Source: an uncultured beta proteobacterium (lineage in GTDB: Bacteria; Pseudomonadota; Gammaproteobacteria; Burkholderiales; Casimicrobiaceae). From it: 64,000 nucleotides of DNA. The stretch lies in contig CAVUKS010000002.1 of NCBI GenBank assembly GCA_963742145.1, positions 582,969 through 646,968 on the forward strand, read 5' to 3'. The notes under the pieces were generated by a model. The model did not search any database. It worked only from the letters and a program-made list of their open reading frames with translations, and was not told the origin of the DNA. Of the stretch, positions 10,884 to 22,305 are shown one piece after another. Within the stretch, counting starts at the first letter, position 1. The number at the start of each line of letters is the position of its first letter. The position numbers and the translations under genes were made by a program.

Positions 10884-12179
10884 GTGCAAGAACTCCAAGG
10901 CGACATGTCCGGCGATTCCGCGCTACTTTCCGCATTGCAGCCGCAGCGCATCTGGGATCGCTGTGATGCGCTTGGCCGCCTGTCGGAGCTGCCAGGCGGG
11001 CTGACCCGTGTGTTTCTTTCCCCGGAGCAACGCCAGGCGAGCGACCTCGTGCTGAGCTGGATGCGCGAGGCGGGCATGGAGGCGCACGTCGACGCCATCG
11101 GCAACTGCGCTGGCCGATACGAGGGCAGTCGTCCCGGGCAGCCTTGCCTGATGCTGGGTTCCCACCTGGACACCGTTCGCGATGCCGGAAAGTACGACGG
11201 CATGCTCGGCGTGATCACCGCTATCGAATGCGTGCACGCGCTGCATGCACTGCGGGTCGCGCCTCCCGTTCGCGGTCGAAGTCCTGGGCTTCGGCGACGA
11301 AGAGGGCGTGCGCTTCGGCTCGACGCTGCTGGGAAGCCGCGCGGTGGCCGGCACGTTCGATCACGCGGTGCTCGACAACGCCGACGCGCGCGGCGTGACG
11401 ATGCGCGACGCGCTGCGCAATGCCGGCCTCGATCCTGCGCAAATCGCCGCGGTCGCGCGCCGGCCCGGAGACGTCCTGGCGTACGCTGAATTGCACATCG
11501 AGCAGGGGCCCGTGCTCGAAGCGGAAGGGCTGGCGACGGGCGTCGTCACGGCCATCAACGGCGGCAACCGCTTCCAGATCGAACTGACGGGCATGGCCGG
11601 ACACGCGGGAACGGTGCCGATGGGACTGCGCCGCGATGCGTTGGCCGCGGCGTCCGAATGCGTGCTGGCGATCGAGCGCATCGCCGCCTCGATGCCTGCG
11701 GTCGTGGCCACTGTGGGCCGCATCGAGGCGCTGCCGGGAGCGATGAACGTCATTCCCGGGAAAGGTCCGGTTTTCGCTGGACGTGCGCGCACCCGCCGAC
11801 GACCTGCGGCACGCGGCCGCCGCGGCAATGCGCGCCGCCTGCGAGGCGATCGCGCGCTCGCCGCAACATCGGCATGGCTACCACGCTGTTGTGGGAGGCG
11901 AAAACCGCGCCCTGCGACGCCGACATGCAACGACAGTTCGCCGCCGCGATCGAGCAGGAGGGCGGTCGCGCGCATCGCCTGCCGTCGGGCGCCGGTCATG
12001 ACGGCATGGCACTGATCGCCATCGCGCCGATCGGCATGCTGTTCGTCCGCTGCACAGGCGGGATCAGCCACAATCCGGCGGAGGCGGTGACGCTCGCCGA
12101 CGTCGCCGCGGGCGCGCGCGTCCTCGCGCGGTTCATCGCGTCGTTCACACCGCCGCGCAAGCCGCCGGAGGTCTCTTGA
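10884..12179 (+). CDS. allantoate amidohydrolase / N-carbamoylase (M20 Zn hydrolase; frameshifted)
   Basis: GSHLDTVRDAGKYDG, DEEGVRF, ELHIEQGPVLE, GHAGTVPM, SGAGHDG and GGISHNPAE. Confidence 0.9.
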
Positions 12180-13431
12180 CCGCGGTTACCGGTTCGATCC
12201 ATGCGTTCGTGGCGGCGCACCGCGGCGACGCCGAGCGCTTTCTGGCCGAATTGGTTCGAGTGCCTTCCGACAATCCGCCCGGGGATTGCGCGCCGCACGC
12301 GGAAAAGTCAGCAGCATTGCTGGAAGCGTTGGGCTTCGTCGTCGAAAGACATGTCGTGCCGGACGCTGCGGTCACGGCCAACGGCATGATCAGCTGCACG
12401 AATCTGGTGGTGCGGGTGCGCTTCGGCGCCGGCGACGGACCGGTCATCGCGCTCAACGCGCATGGCGACGTCGTTCCGCCCGGCACCGGCTGGACAACCG
12501 ATCCCTACGGCGCCGAGATCCGGGACGGTGTCATGTTCGGACGCGGCGTGGCGGTGTCGAAGGCGGACTTCGCAACCTATGCATTCGCGCTGCTCGCGTT
12601 GCGCGACGCCGCGGCCAAGGGTGCGGCGCTGGCCGGCGTGGTCGAGTTGCATTTCACCTACGACGAGGAGGTGGGAGGCGCGATCGGACCGCAGTGGCTG
12701 CTGCAGCAGAAAATCTGCCGGCCCGACCTCGTGATCTCCGCCGGCTTTTCCTATGGCATCGCGACGGCGCACAACGGCTGCCTGCATTTGCAGGTCGACG
12801 TCTCCGGCAAATCCGGCCATGCCGCGGAACCGCAAAAAGGCATCGACGCGCTCGAGGCGGCGACCGGGATGCTCTCCGACCTCTATGCAATGCGCAAGAC
12901 CTACGCCGCGACGCGATCGTCCGTCCGCTGGTATCGGATCGCCGACGCTCGTGGTCGGGCTGATCGAGGGCGGCATCAACACCAACGTCGTGCCGGACCA
13001 CGTGACGCTTCCGCATCGATCGTCGCATCATTCCCGAGGAGAACGCTGCGGATGTCGAAGCTGCGTTGACGGGCCAGATTCGTGACTTCGCGGCGAAGTG
13101 GCCGGCGGTCCAGGTTGGCGTCAAACGCATCCTGCTGGCCGTGCCGTTCGTCCCGATTCCGGGACAGGAAAAGCTTGTCGCAGCGCTGCTGCGCCATGGG
13201 AAAGCTGTTATGGGCGAGGACTTCGCGACGCATGGCCTGCCGATCTATACCGACGCGCGCCTGTACACGACCGCGGGCATCCCCGCGGTTCTGTATGGCG
13301 CCGGACCGCGCACTCTTGCCGAGGCCAACGGCCACCGCGCCGACGAGAAGTTGGTGCTCGACGATCTCCATCGCGCAACGGAGGTGGTGGCGCTGGCGTT
13401 GGCGGACCTGCTCGCGCCGCGAAAACGATAG
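12176..13431 (+). CDS. M20 ArgE/DapE-family deacylase (frameshifted)
   Basis: LNAHGDVVPPG, GRGVAVSKAD, TYDEE, GGINTNVVPD and GHRADE. Confidence 0.88.
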
Positions 13432-13473
13432 TTGGCCCGGGCTGGCGATGATGCGAAAGGCGCGAGCGCAAGC

Positions 13474-14708
13474 ATGACCACCGCCGAACGCGGCACCGCT
13501 CACCACGACCCGCGCGACCCGCGACTCGGGCGTACGGTGAGCGCGCTCGGCGTAGCGCAAATCATTTCGTGGGGCTCGCTGTTCTATACGATCGCGGTCC
13601 TCGGCAGCGCGATGCGCAGGGACCTCGGCATTTCCGATGTCGTGCTGTTCGGCAGCTTCACCGCGGGTCTCTTCCTGTCCGGTGTTGCGTCTCCGCTGGT
13701 CGGCCGGGAAATCGACGCGCGAGGCGGACGCAGCGTGCTCGCCGCCGGATCGGTGCTGGGCGCGCTGGCCATGGCTGCGCTGGCCGCATCGCAGGGGCCG
13801 GTGACCATGCTTTTCAGGATGGCTGCTGGCCGGCATTGCCATGTCGGCGAGTCTCTACGATCCGGCGTTCGCCACGCTGCACCAGGTCTCCGGCACCTCG
13901 TACCGGCGCGCGGTGACCGCGCTCACGCTGTTCGGTGGCTTTGCCAGCACGGTGTTCTGGCCGCTGTCGCAATACCTGCTCGACGAAATCGGCTGGCGCC
14001 AGACGTTCGTGGTCTACGCGGGATTGCATCTCTTCGTGTGCCTGCCGCTGCACCTGCTGCTGGTTCCACGCAGGCATGCCGCGCGTTCGGTCGCGGAGGC
14101 GCCGCACGCGCAGGCCGCGGTGCGCACAGGCGACGGCGCCGTGTTCGCGTGGCTGGCCACGGCGCTGGCGCTGGCGGCGTTCATGGGCACGGCGATGGCG
14201 GCGCACGTCATCGACCTGCTCACCGCGACCGGACTTGAGCGCGCGCGACGCCGTCCTGGTCGGCTCGCTGATCGGCCCGATGCAGGTCGCCGGGCGCGTG
14301 ATGGAGTTCGCGTTCGGCCGTCACCTCCGCGCATTGGCGGTGGGAACGCTCGCATTCGCGCTGATGGCGGCGTCGCTGGCAGTGTTCACGCAGGTTCGCG
14401 GCATCTGGATCGTCGCGCTGGCGTTCGCGATGATCTACGGCTGGAGCAACGGCGTCATGACCATCGTGCGCGGGACGGTTCCCGCGGAACTGTTCGGCCC
14501 GCGAGGCTATGGCGCGTTGCTCGGGCGCCTGGCGCGGCCGCAGTTCATCCTGAAGTCCAGCGCACCGCTGGCGCTGACGCTGCTCTTCACGATCGACCCG
14601 GCGAAGACGATGACGCCGTACGCGTTGCTGCTGGTCGCCGTCGCGGCCTTCGTGGCGTACCGCATGGCGGTCGCCGCGGCAGGGAAGCGCAGCAGTTCGG
14701 ACGAGTAG
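13474..14708 (+). CDS. MFS transporter, ArsK-like family (frameshifted)
   Basis: LGVAQIISWGSLFY, LYDPAFATL, LFGGFASTVFWP and LIGPMQVAGR; multiple TM segments. Confidence 0.8.
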
Positions 14709-14746
14709 ACGATGAAGCGCGGTGCCACCGGAGCGCCGGATGCGGC

Positions 14747-15831
14747 TCAAGGCCGTGTGCCGTCCGCCTGCAACCCGACCGTTTGCGACTCCGGGAAGTA
14801 CCTCCGCTGGAAGTACAGCGCCACGTTGACCAGCCCGATCAGCACCGGCACTTCGACCAGCGGCCCGATGACCGCCGCGAACGCCGCGCCCGAGTTGATG
14901 CCGAACATGGCGACGGCCACGGCGATGGCGAGCTCGAAGTTGTTGCAGGCGGCCGTGAACGAGAGCGTCGCCGTCTTCGCGTAGTCCGCGCCGACCCGCT
15001 TGCCCATGCAGAACGAGACCAGGAACATCACGACGAAGTAGATGAGCAGCGGGACGGCGATGCGCAGCACGTCGAGCGGAATGCGGACGATTGTCTCGCC
15101 CTTGAGCGAGAACATCACGACGATCGTGAACAGCAGCGCGACCAGCGTGATCGGGCTGATCCGCGGAACGAAGCGCTCTCGTACCAGTCTCGCCCTTGGC
15201 GCGCACCAGCACGAAGCGCGTGACGGCAGCCGGCGAGAAACGGAATGCCGAGGTAGATGAAGACGCTCTGCGCGATCTCCGCGATCGTGATGTCGACCTG
15301 GCACCGCCTGCAGGCCGAGCCACGCCGGCAGCACCGTGACGAAGAAGTAGGCGTAGACGCGAGAAGAACAGCACCTGGAAGATCGAGTTGAGCGCGACCA
15401 GGCCCGCCGCAGTACTCGGTGTCGCCCTGCGCCAGGTCGTTCCAGACGATGACCATCGCGATGCAGCGCGCCAGGCCGATCAGGATCAGGCCGACCATGT
15501 ACTCGGGCTTGTCGCGCAGGAAGACGACGGCGAGCCCGAACATCAGCAGCGGGCCGATGACCCAGTTCTGCACCAGCGAGAGAGCCAGCACCGCGCGGTT
15601 GCGAAAGACCTCGCCCAGCTCCTCGTAGCGGACCTTGGCCAGCGGCGGATACATCATCAGGATGAGCCCGACCGCGATCGGGATGTTGGTCGTGCCGCTT
15701 TGATACTTGCTCCAGAATCCGGCGACGCCCGGGAAAACGTACCCGGCCATCACGCCCGCGAACATGCCGAGGAAGATCCACAGCGTCAGGTAACGGTCGA
15801 GGAAGCCCAGCTTGCGGCGGAAGGAAGCCAC
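14747..15831 (-). CDS. acr3: Acr3 arsenite efflux permease (frameshifted)
   Basis: [47 protein letters not shown] and GPLVEVP. Confidence 0.95.
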
Positions 15832-15895
15832 GATTGCCGCCTGTTCGCCTAGGAGATCGCCGGACGCAAGGTCATCGCTCCGGGCGAACGCGCCG

Positions 15896-16413
15896 TCATG
15901 TCAGATCGGCATTTGCCGGCGACTGGCCAAGCTCGTCCAGCTTGTATTGCAGGCTGAGCCGATCCAAGCGTGTTCAGCGGCAGGCTGGTGAAGATCCGGA
16001 TGCGATTCCCCAGGACATGGCTCGCTTCCGAAAACGCCTTGCGCATTGCGTCGGGGCTGCCGCCCACTGCGGCCGGATCGGGCACGCCCCAATGCGCGGT
16101 GATGGGCTTACCCGGCCACACCGGGCACACTTCGCCGGCGGCGTTGTCGCAGACGGTGATGACGAAATCCAGGGTGGCGCGCCGGGTTCGGCGAAGCGTC
16201 TCCCAGGACTTGCTGGCAAGACCCTCCGTCGGCATGTGGCTCGCGCGCAGCAATTCCAGCGCCAGCGGATTCACCGTGCCCGTCGGTTGCGATCCTGCGC
16301 TGAAGGCGCGGAAGCGATCCGCGCCGACGCTGCCGCAAGATCGCTTCCGCGATGATGCTGCGCGCGGAATTGCCGGTGCAGAGGAACAGCACGTTGTAGA
16401 CGCGATCCGGCAT
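15896..16413 (-). CDS. arsC: arsenate reductase, LMW-PTPase/thioredoxin type (frameshifted)
   Basis: VLFLCTGNSARS, ITVCDNAAGEVCPVWPG and HWGVPDPA. Confidence 0.93.
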
Positions 16414-16431
16414 GTCGTGGTTCGCGCGATG

Positions 16432-16912
16432 TCAGCAGCAAGTACCTGAGGTGTTGGCCGCTTTGCCTGGCATTGAAGCGCCACTCGCCTTGGGTGAACA
16501 GCAACCCCCGGCGGCCTTTGCTTCTTCGGTGTCCGCACCGAACAGCGGAATCGAATCCAGCGTGTGGAACGCTTCCCAGGCGATGCCCTGAGGATCGGTG
16601 ACCCAGTGCTTGTCCGATTTCACATAGCAGCAGAGCGCGCCGGGCTCGGCGACGGTAGCCGTCGCATCGGCGGCTTCGAACTGCGTGCGAATGCCCGCAA
16701 GTTCTTCCGCCGACTCGGCTTGCAGTCCGAGGTGGTTGAGGCCGGCGGCACGCCCGCGCTGCGAGATCGCGAAGTTGACGCGTGGATCGTCGAGCATCCA
16801 TTTCGCGTAGTCGTCCTTCGCGGACCGTGGGCGCCTTGCCGAACAGGTCCGAATAGAAGCGGATGCTGGCCGACAGGTCGGGGACACCCAAGTGAACGTG
16901 GAATCGCTTCAT
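16432..16912 (-). CDS. arsI: ArsI/CadI-family glyoxalase-fold metalloenzyme (frameshifted)
   Basis: MKRFHVH, YAKWMLDDPRVNFAIS, NHLG, CCYVKSDKHWVTDPQGIAWE. Confidence 0.85.
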
Positions 16913-17304
16913 GACTTTCCTTTCACGCGCTTGACGGTGGGTCCGCAGGCCGCGGGCGCGCAGCCCGGTCCGCAGTCGGCGCTGCCCGTGGCGCGGCAGC
17001 AGTTTTCGGTGAGATAGCTGACCAGCGAATTCATCGCGGCAACGTCGGCCTGATACCAGATGAAGCGGCCGTCGCGGCGGTCGCCGATCAACCCCGCGCT
17101 TGCGAGCTCCTTCAAATGGAACGACAGCGTGGCGGGCGCGAGCTTGAGGCGGAGTGCGATAGCACCAGGCGTGAGGCCGGTCGGCGCGAATTCGACCAGC
17201 AAACGGAAAATGGCCAGGCGCGTCTCCTGGGCCAACGCGGCAAGTGCGTCGACAGCCTGAGCGGCATCGCCTTGGCTCGCTTTCAGCGCGGTATTCGATT
17301 TCAT
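16909..17304 (-). CDS. arsR: ArsR transcriptional repressor (C-terminal ENCC type)
   Basis: ALAQETRLAIFRLLV, TLSFHLKEL and YLTENCC. Confidence 0.92.
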   Translation of the reverse strand: MKSNTALKASQGDAAQAVDALAALAQETRLAIFRLLVEFAPTGLTPGAIALRLKLAPATLSFHLKELASAGLIGDRRDGRFIWYQADVAAMNSLVSYLTENCCRATGSADCGPGCAPAACGPTVKRVKGKS

Positions 17305-17338
17305 AATTCCAATATTATCGAAATATAGGGCGTGTCAA
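17305..17338 (-). promoter_or_regulatory. ars promoter/operator: TTGACA..TAATAT overlapping the imperfect palindrome TTCCAATATTATCGAA
   Basis: AT-rich island; TTGACA at 17333-17338; TAATAT lies 7 nt before the arsR ATG; the -35/-10 spacer is only 15 nt as sequenced. Confidence 0.65.
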
Positions 17339-17349
17339 GCCCGCGCTGG

Positions 17350-19048
17350 TCATGAGCTGGCGACGGGTGCCGCTAGCGCCGGCGCATGCTGCCGCCAGCG
17401 CCACAGCCGCCACAGCACGAACGGAATGCCGATGACTGTCAGCAGACTCCAGACCAGGACGGCATAGTCGGAAGGCCGCCGCGGCGGCGGGATCAGGTCC
17501 GGATCGCGCAGCGCGTCGGGAAACGGGCGCGGCGGGACCGGCACGATTTGCACCAGCGCCGGGTCGTTGGGAATGAGCGCCCTGTATTCCCACGTGGTCG
17601 CAGCGGGCGCGTCGCCGAACGCGCGACTCGACGGGAACTGTGGAAAGCGCACGAACGCGAGCGCGTCGAGATCCTCCGCCAGCATCCGCGCGAGCAAGCC
17701 GTCGCCGTCGGGAGTCGTCCCTTGTGCCGAACGCGCAGCAGCGTCGCGAACGCCTCTTCCAGCGCGGCCGCGGGCAAGAGCCGCGTCTGGTCGGTGCGCA
17801 GGTAGTCGAAGGCGAGCTTGGCCTTGCCGATCGAAAGCTCCTTGAGCGCGATGAACGGAAAGCCGAGCCAGGCCAGCGTGCGCGACGTCGGGCCGCGCCG
17901 GGGAATGTTCCAGCCGAGCGCGCGCAGCACGTCGATGCTGATGCTCGCGCAATTCATCGTTCGGGTGGTAGTAGACCAGCTGGTGCCGCCAGAACTGGTT
18001 GTACACGCGGTTGAGCGCCGATTGCACCAGCACGGCCGCGCGCTCGTCCTTCAGCACGGCGACGACCATGTACGAGGGCCGGTACCAGCCCTGGCCGGAG
18101 TTGAGGTCGGCAAGATAGTTGTCGAGCGGAACCGGCGCGGCGAGGATGCCCTTTTCGCTCTCGACGTCGAGCGAATAGAAATTGTTGACCAGCCAGTCGC
18201 CGATCTGCGCCGTCGGCCTGCGACGCGTCCGGTGACGAGCGCGAAGTGCCCGCCATGCGCCTCGTCGTCGTCGCCCTGCGCGCCGTTGACCATGAGCGCG
18301 AGCACCGGGCGACCCGTCCAGTCGCGCGGGCATGCCGGTCCGTCTGCCACAGCGTCGACGCGGCGTACGGGCTCTGCGCGCCGCCGCGCGGTTCCTCGCG
18401 CATCAGGCTGCGCAACGCTTCGGCGCGGAGGCAGGCCGGCCGGCAGCGTTCGCGGCGGGGGCGCTGCGCCGCCGACGCGGAAGTCTTCCGGCCAGATCGT
18501 GCGCGCGACGAATCCGTCGTCGGTCGGCGTGCCGCGCACCGTGACCGTCGCGCTGCCGGAAGAACGCGACCGACGACGCGTCGTAGTACGAGCGATTGAG
18601 CGGGATCTTCGCGACGGGACGGAACGGCAGCGCGCCGCCGCGCGTCACGAGTTGCGTCGCGTCCTGCGGACAGCCGCGCGCCGCGCACGATGTCGGGTGC
18701 GGCCACCCACACCAGCGGCGGATAGTCGATCGGTGCTGCGGGCGGGCGCGCGGCGGCCCACGCGCGTACGTCGTCCTCCGCGTGCACGCCGGTGGTGAAG
18801 CCGGACACCGGATGACCTGCCAGCGGCACGGCGATGGTCTGGTCGCGGAAGTACCACAGCGCCTGGCGGATGGTCGGGCAATCGCGGCATTCGCCGGTGG
18901 CCAGGCGGAAATCCTGCGCCGGATAGAGGCCGAATGCGCCGGCGGCGGTGGCGGGCTGGGGCACGGTCGTGGCGGTACTCAAGGCGGAGAACATCATGGC
19001 GATAATCGGCGCGAGCCGCGTCGCGCAGCGGCCTAGATGTGAAACCAC
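17350..19048 (-). CDS. large exported/membrane-anchored hypothetical protein (multiple frameshifts; start approximate)
   Basis: Joined ORF pieces give a hydrophobic N-terminus, ECRDC, NGAQGDDDEAHGGHFAL, YYHP-MNCASIS and a C-terminal TM helix with a basic tail. Confidence 0.7.
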
Positions 19049-19083
19049 GTCGCGATGCCGAAGCCGGTTGTCATGCCCGTGTT

Positions 19084-20146
19084 CTATCCAACCGCGATGC
19101 GCGGCGTCCCCGCCGCGATCGATGCCGATGACCGCGGCGTCGTGCGAATCCTTCGGCACGGAAAAGCGCCAGCACATCGTCGACGCCGTTCGGGCGCGCA
19201 GGCGACGAGCAATCCGCCCGGACGTTTGCGGATCGGTGAGCAACGCGCGTTCGGCAGCGCCGAGGGACGGCGCCAGATCGACGTGCTCGTGCACGCCCGC
19301 CCAGTTGCGTGCCGACGCACCCGTCACGATGCCGTCGTGCGCCAGGCGCATGACGTCCGGATGCAATGGCAAGCGCGCGAAATCGATCGTTCGCCGCGAC
19401 TCCGCTGCCGCGGCAGATCTCGCAGCAGGTGGCCGAGCAAGCCGAAGCCCGTGACGTCGGTCAGCGCATGCACGTCTGGCATCGTGCCCAGCGCGATGCC
19501 CGGCGTGTTCAGTTGCGTCGTGCTGCGCGAGCATGGCCGCGTAGCCGTCGGGCGCGAGCAGTCCCTTCTTCAGCGCGGCGCTGTAGATGCCGACGCCGAG
19601 CGGCTTGCCGAGGATGAGCACGTCGCCGGGCCGCGCACCGGCGTTGCGCTTGACGTTCGCCGGGTCGACGACGCCGATGGCCACGAGGCCGTAGATCGGC
19701 TCGACGGAGTCGATCGTGTGGCCGCCCGCAATCGGGATGCCCGCCTTCGCGCAGATCGACTCGCCGCCGGCGAGGATCAGGCGGATCGTGTCGATCGGCA
19801 GCTTGTCGACCGGCATGCCGACCAACGCGAGCGCGAACAGCGGCGTCGCGCCCATCGCGTAGACGTCCGAGATGGCGTTGGTCGCGGCGATCGCGCCGAA
19901 GTCGAAGGGGTCGTCGACGATCGGCATGAAGAAGTCCGTCGTCGCGACGATCGCCTGGCGTTCGTTGAGCTGGTACACGGCCGCGTCGTCCGATGTCTCG
20001 ACGCCGACCAGCAGCGCCTTCGGCAGCAGCCCCGGCGCGGCCCGGCCGAGGATTTCCTGCAGCACGCCGGGTGCGATCTTGCAGCCGCAACCGCCCCCAT
20101 GCGAGAACGACGTCAGCCGCAGCGGAACGGGGTCGGGGGCATTCAC
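19084..20146 (-). CDS. selD: selenophosphate synthetase, Cys form (frameshifted)
   Basis: LTSFSHGGGCGCKI, SDDAAVY, TTDFFMPIVDDP, GGHTID and DPQTSG. Confidence 0.96.
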
Positions 20147-20402
20147 GGCAGGTTCCAACGAATCATGTGCGAAGCAGCGATTCGATAACCAAGGATACCC
20201 ATTCTAGCGTCCTGCCTAACCGGCGTTGCTGCGTTGCAAAAACCCCACCGATAACAAGCCCTTGGCGCTGGCACTCCTTTCCTTGTGCCAGCAGCAGGCG
20301 TAGCATCGCGGCACCGACAAGGTTCGGGCGTGAATCCTGCTTCAAGGGAGTGGATATGCGCCACGCACAATGTGACCTGGCGGTCCACTGGAGAGCAGGG
20401 CT

Positions 20403-22305
20403 TTGAAGCCGACGGATATCGCACACCCGGACTATTTCCACAAAGTCGTCGATTGTCAGTGGGCCTGCCCGGCCCATACTCCCGTCCCCGAGTACATCCG
20501 GTTGATCGCCGCAGGTCATTACGGCGACGCGTATCTCGTCAACTGGAAGTCCAACGTCTTTCCCGGCATCCTCGGCCGTACTTGCGATCGGCCGTGCGAA
20601 CCCGCATGCCGCCGCGGACGCGTCGAGGAAGGCTCGCCGGACATCGCGAACAGCAAGGCGAAGCCCGAACCCGTGGCCATTTGCCGCTTGAAGCGCGTCG
20701 CCGCGGATTTCAAGGAAGACATCCGCGACCGCTTGCCTCCGCCGGCGAAGACGAAGAACGGCAAGCGCGTCGCGCTGGTCGGCGCCGGGCCCGGCGTCGT
20801 TGACGGTTGCGCGCGATCTGGCGCCGCTCGGCTACGAATGCGTCGTGTTCGACGGCGACGCGCGCGCGGGCGGCATGATCCGTTCGCAGATTCCCAAGTT
20901 CCGCCTGCCCGATTCCGTGATCGACGAGGAGGTCGGCTACGTGCTCGACATGGGCGTCGAGTTTCGCAGCGGCCAGCGAATCGACAGCATGAAGCAGCTG
21001 CTGGCGGAAGGATGGGATGCCGTGTTCGTCGGCAGTGGCGCTCCGCGCGGCCGCGACCTCGACATCCCGGGCCGCAAGGAAGCCGCCGCGAACATCCACA
21101 TCGGCATCGACTGGCTGTCGTCGGTGTCGTTCGGACACGTGACCAAGATCGGCAAGCGGGTCATCGTGCTCGGTGGCGGCAACACGGCGATGGATTGCTG
21201 CCGATCGTCGCGGCGCTTGGGCGGTGAAGAAGTGCAGGTCGTGGTGCGCTCCGGTTTCGACGAAATGAAGGCGTCGCCGTGGGAGAAGGAAGATGCCATG
21301 CACGAGGGCATTCCCATCCACAATTACCTGGTGCCCAAGGCGTTCACGCACGACAACGGCAAGCTGACCGGCGTCATGTTCGAGAAGGTCGCACCGCAGA
21401 AGGATGCCAAGGGACGGCGGCAGCTGGTTGCCACCGGCGAGCCCGACGTCCATATGCCCTGCGATGACGTGCTGGTCGCGGTCGGGCAGGAAAATGCGTT
21501 TCCGTGGATCGAGCGCGACGTAGGGATCACGTTCGACGATTGGGGAATGCCGATCGTCGACAAGACGACGATGGCCTCTTCGCGCGCCGGTGTCTTTTTC
21601 GGCGGCGACGCGGCGTTCGGCCCGAAGAACATCATCTGGGCCGTCGCGCACGGCCACGACGCCGCCATTTCGATCGACCATCATTGCCAGGGCGTGCCGG
21701 TGTCGCAGCGGCCCGCGCCGCACGTGAACCTGATGTCGCAGAAGATGGGCATCCACGAGTGGAGCTACGACAACGCGATCCACAACGACAAGCGCTATCG
21801 CGTCCCGCTCAAGGACACGGTCATCGCGTTGCGCGACATCCGGACCGAGGTCGAGCTGGGCTTCGACCGCCGTGTCGGCTACGCCGAGGCGCAGCGCTGC
21901 CTCAACTGCGACGTCGAGACGGTATTCGCGGGCAAGCTGTGCATCGAATGCGACGCGTGCGTCGACATCTGCCCGATGGATTGCATCACCTTCACGCAGG
22001 ACGGCGAGGAAGCGGACCTGCGCGGACGGCTCAATGCCCCGGCGCTGAATCTCGCGCAGGATTTATATGTGGCCGGCGACCTGAAGACCGGCCGCGTGAT
22101 GGTCAAGGACGAGGATATGTGCCTGCACTGCGGCCTGTGCGCCGAACGCTGTCCAACCGGTGCCTGGGACATGCAGAAGTTCCTGCTCGACATGGCGCAG
22201 GCGGACGACCGCTGCCACGCGCCGAGCGTCGCGACGACGGCGGCGAAGAGTCCCGTCCGCTCGCGCAGCTCCGCTGATGGGTTCGGCGGCGGAATGACGA
22301 CATGA
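20403..22305 (+). CDS. GltD-like FAD/NAD(P)-dependent Fe-S oxidoreductase (KorC-like; frameshift ~20795)
   Basis: DCQWACPAH, GRTCDRPCEPAC, VGAGP, GGGNTAMDC; C-terminal CIECDACVDICP and CLHCGLCAERCP. Confidence 0.9.

Noticed and set aside
17954-20158. 734-aa SelD fusion protein
   Set aside because: The SelD C-terminus ends at 19084 in another frame; the join is an indel artefact
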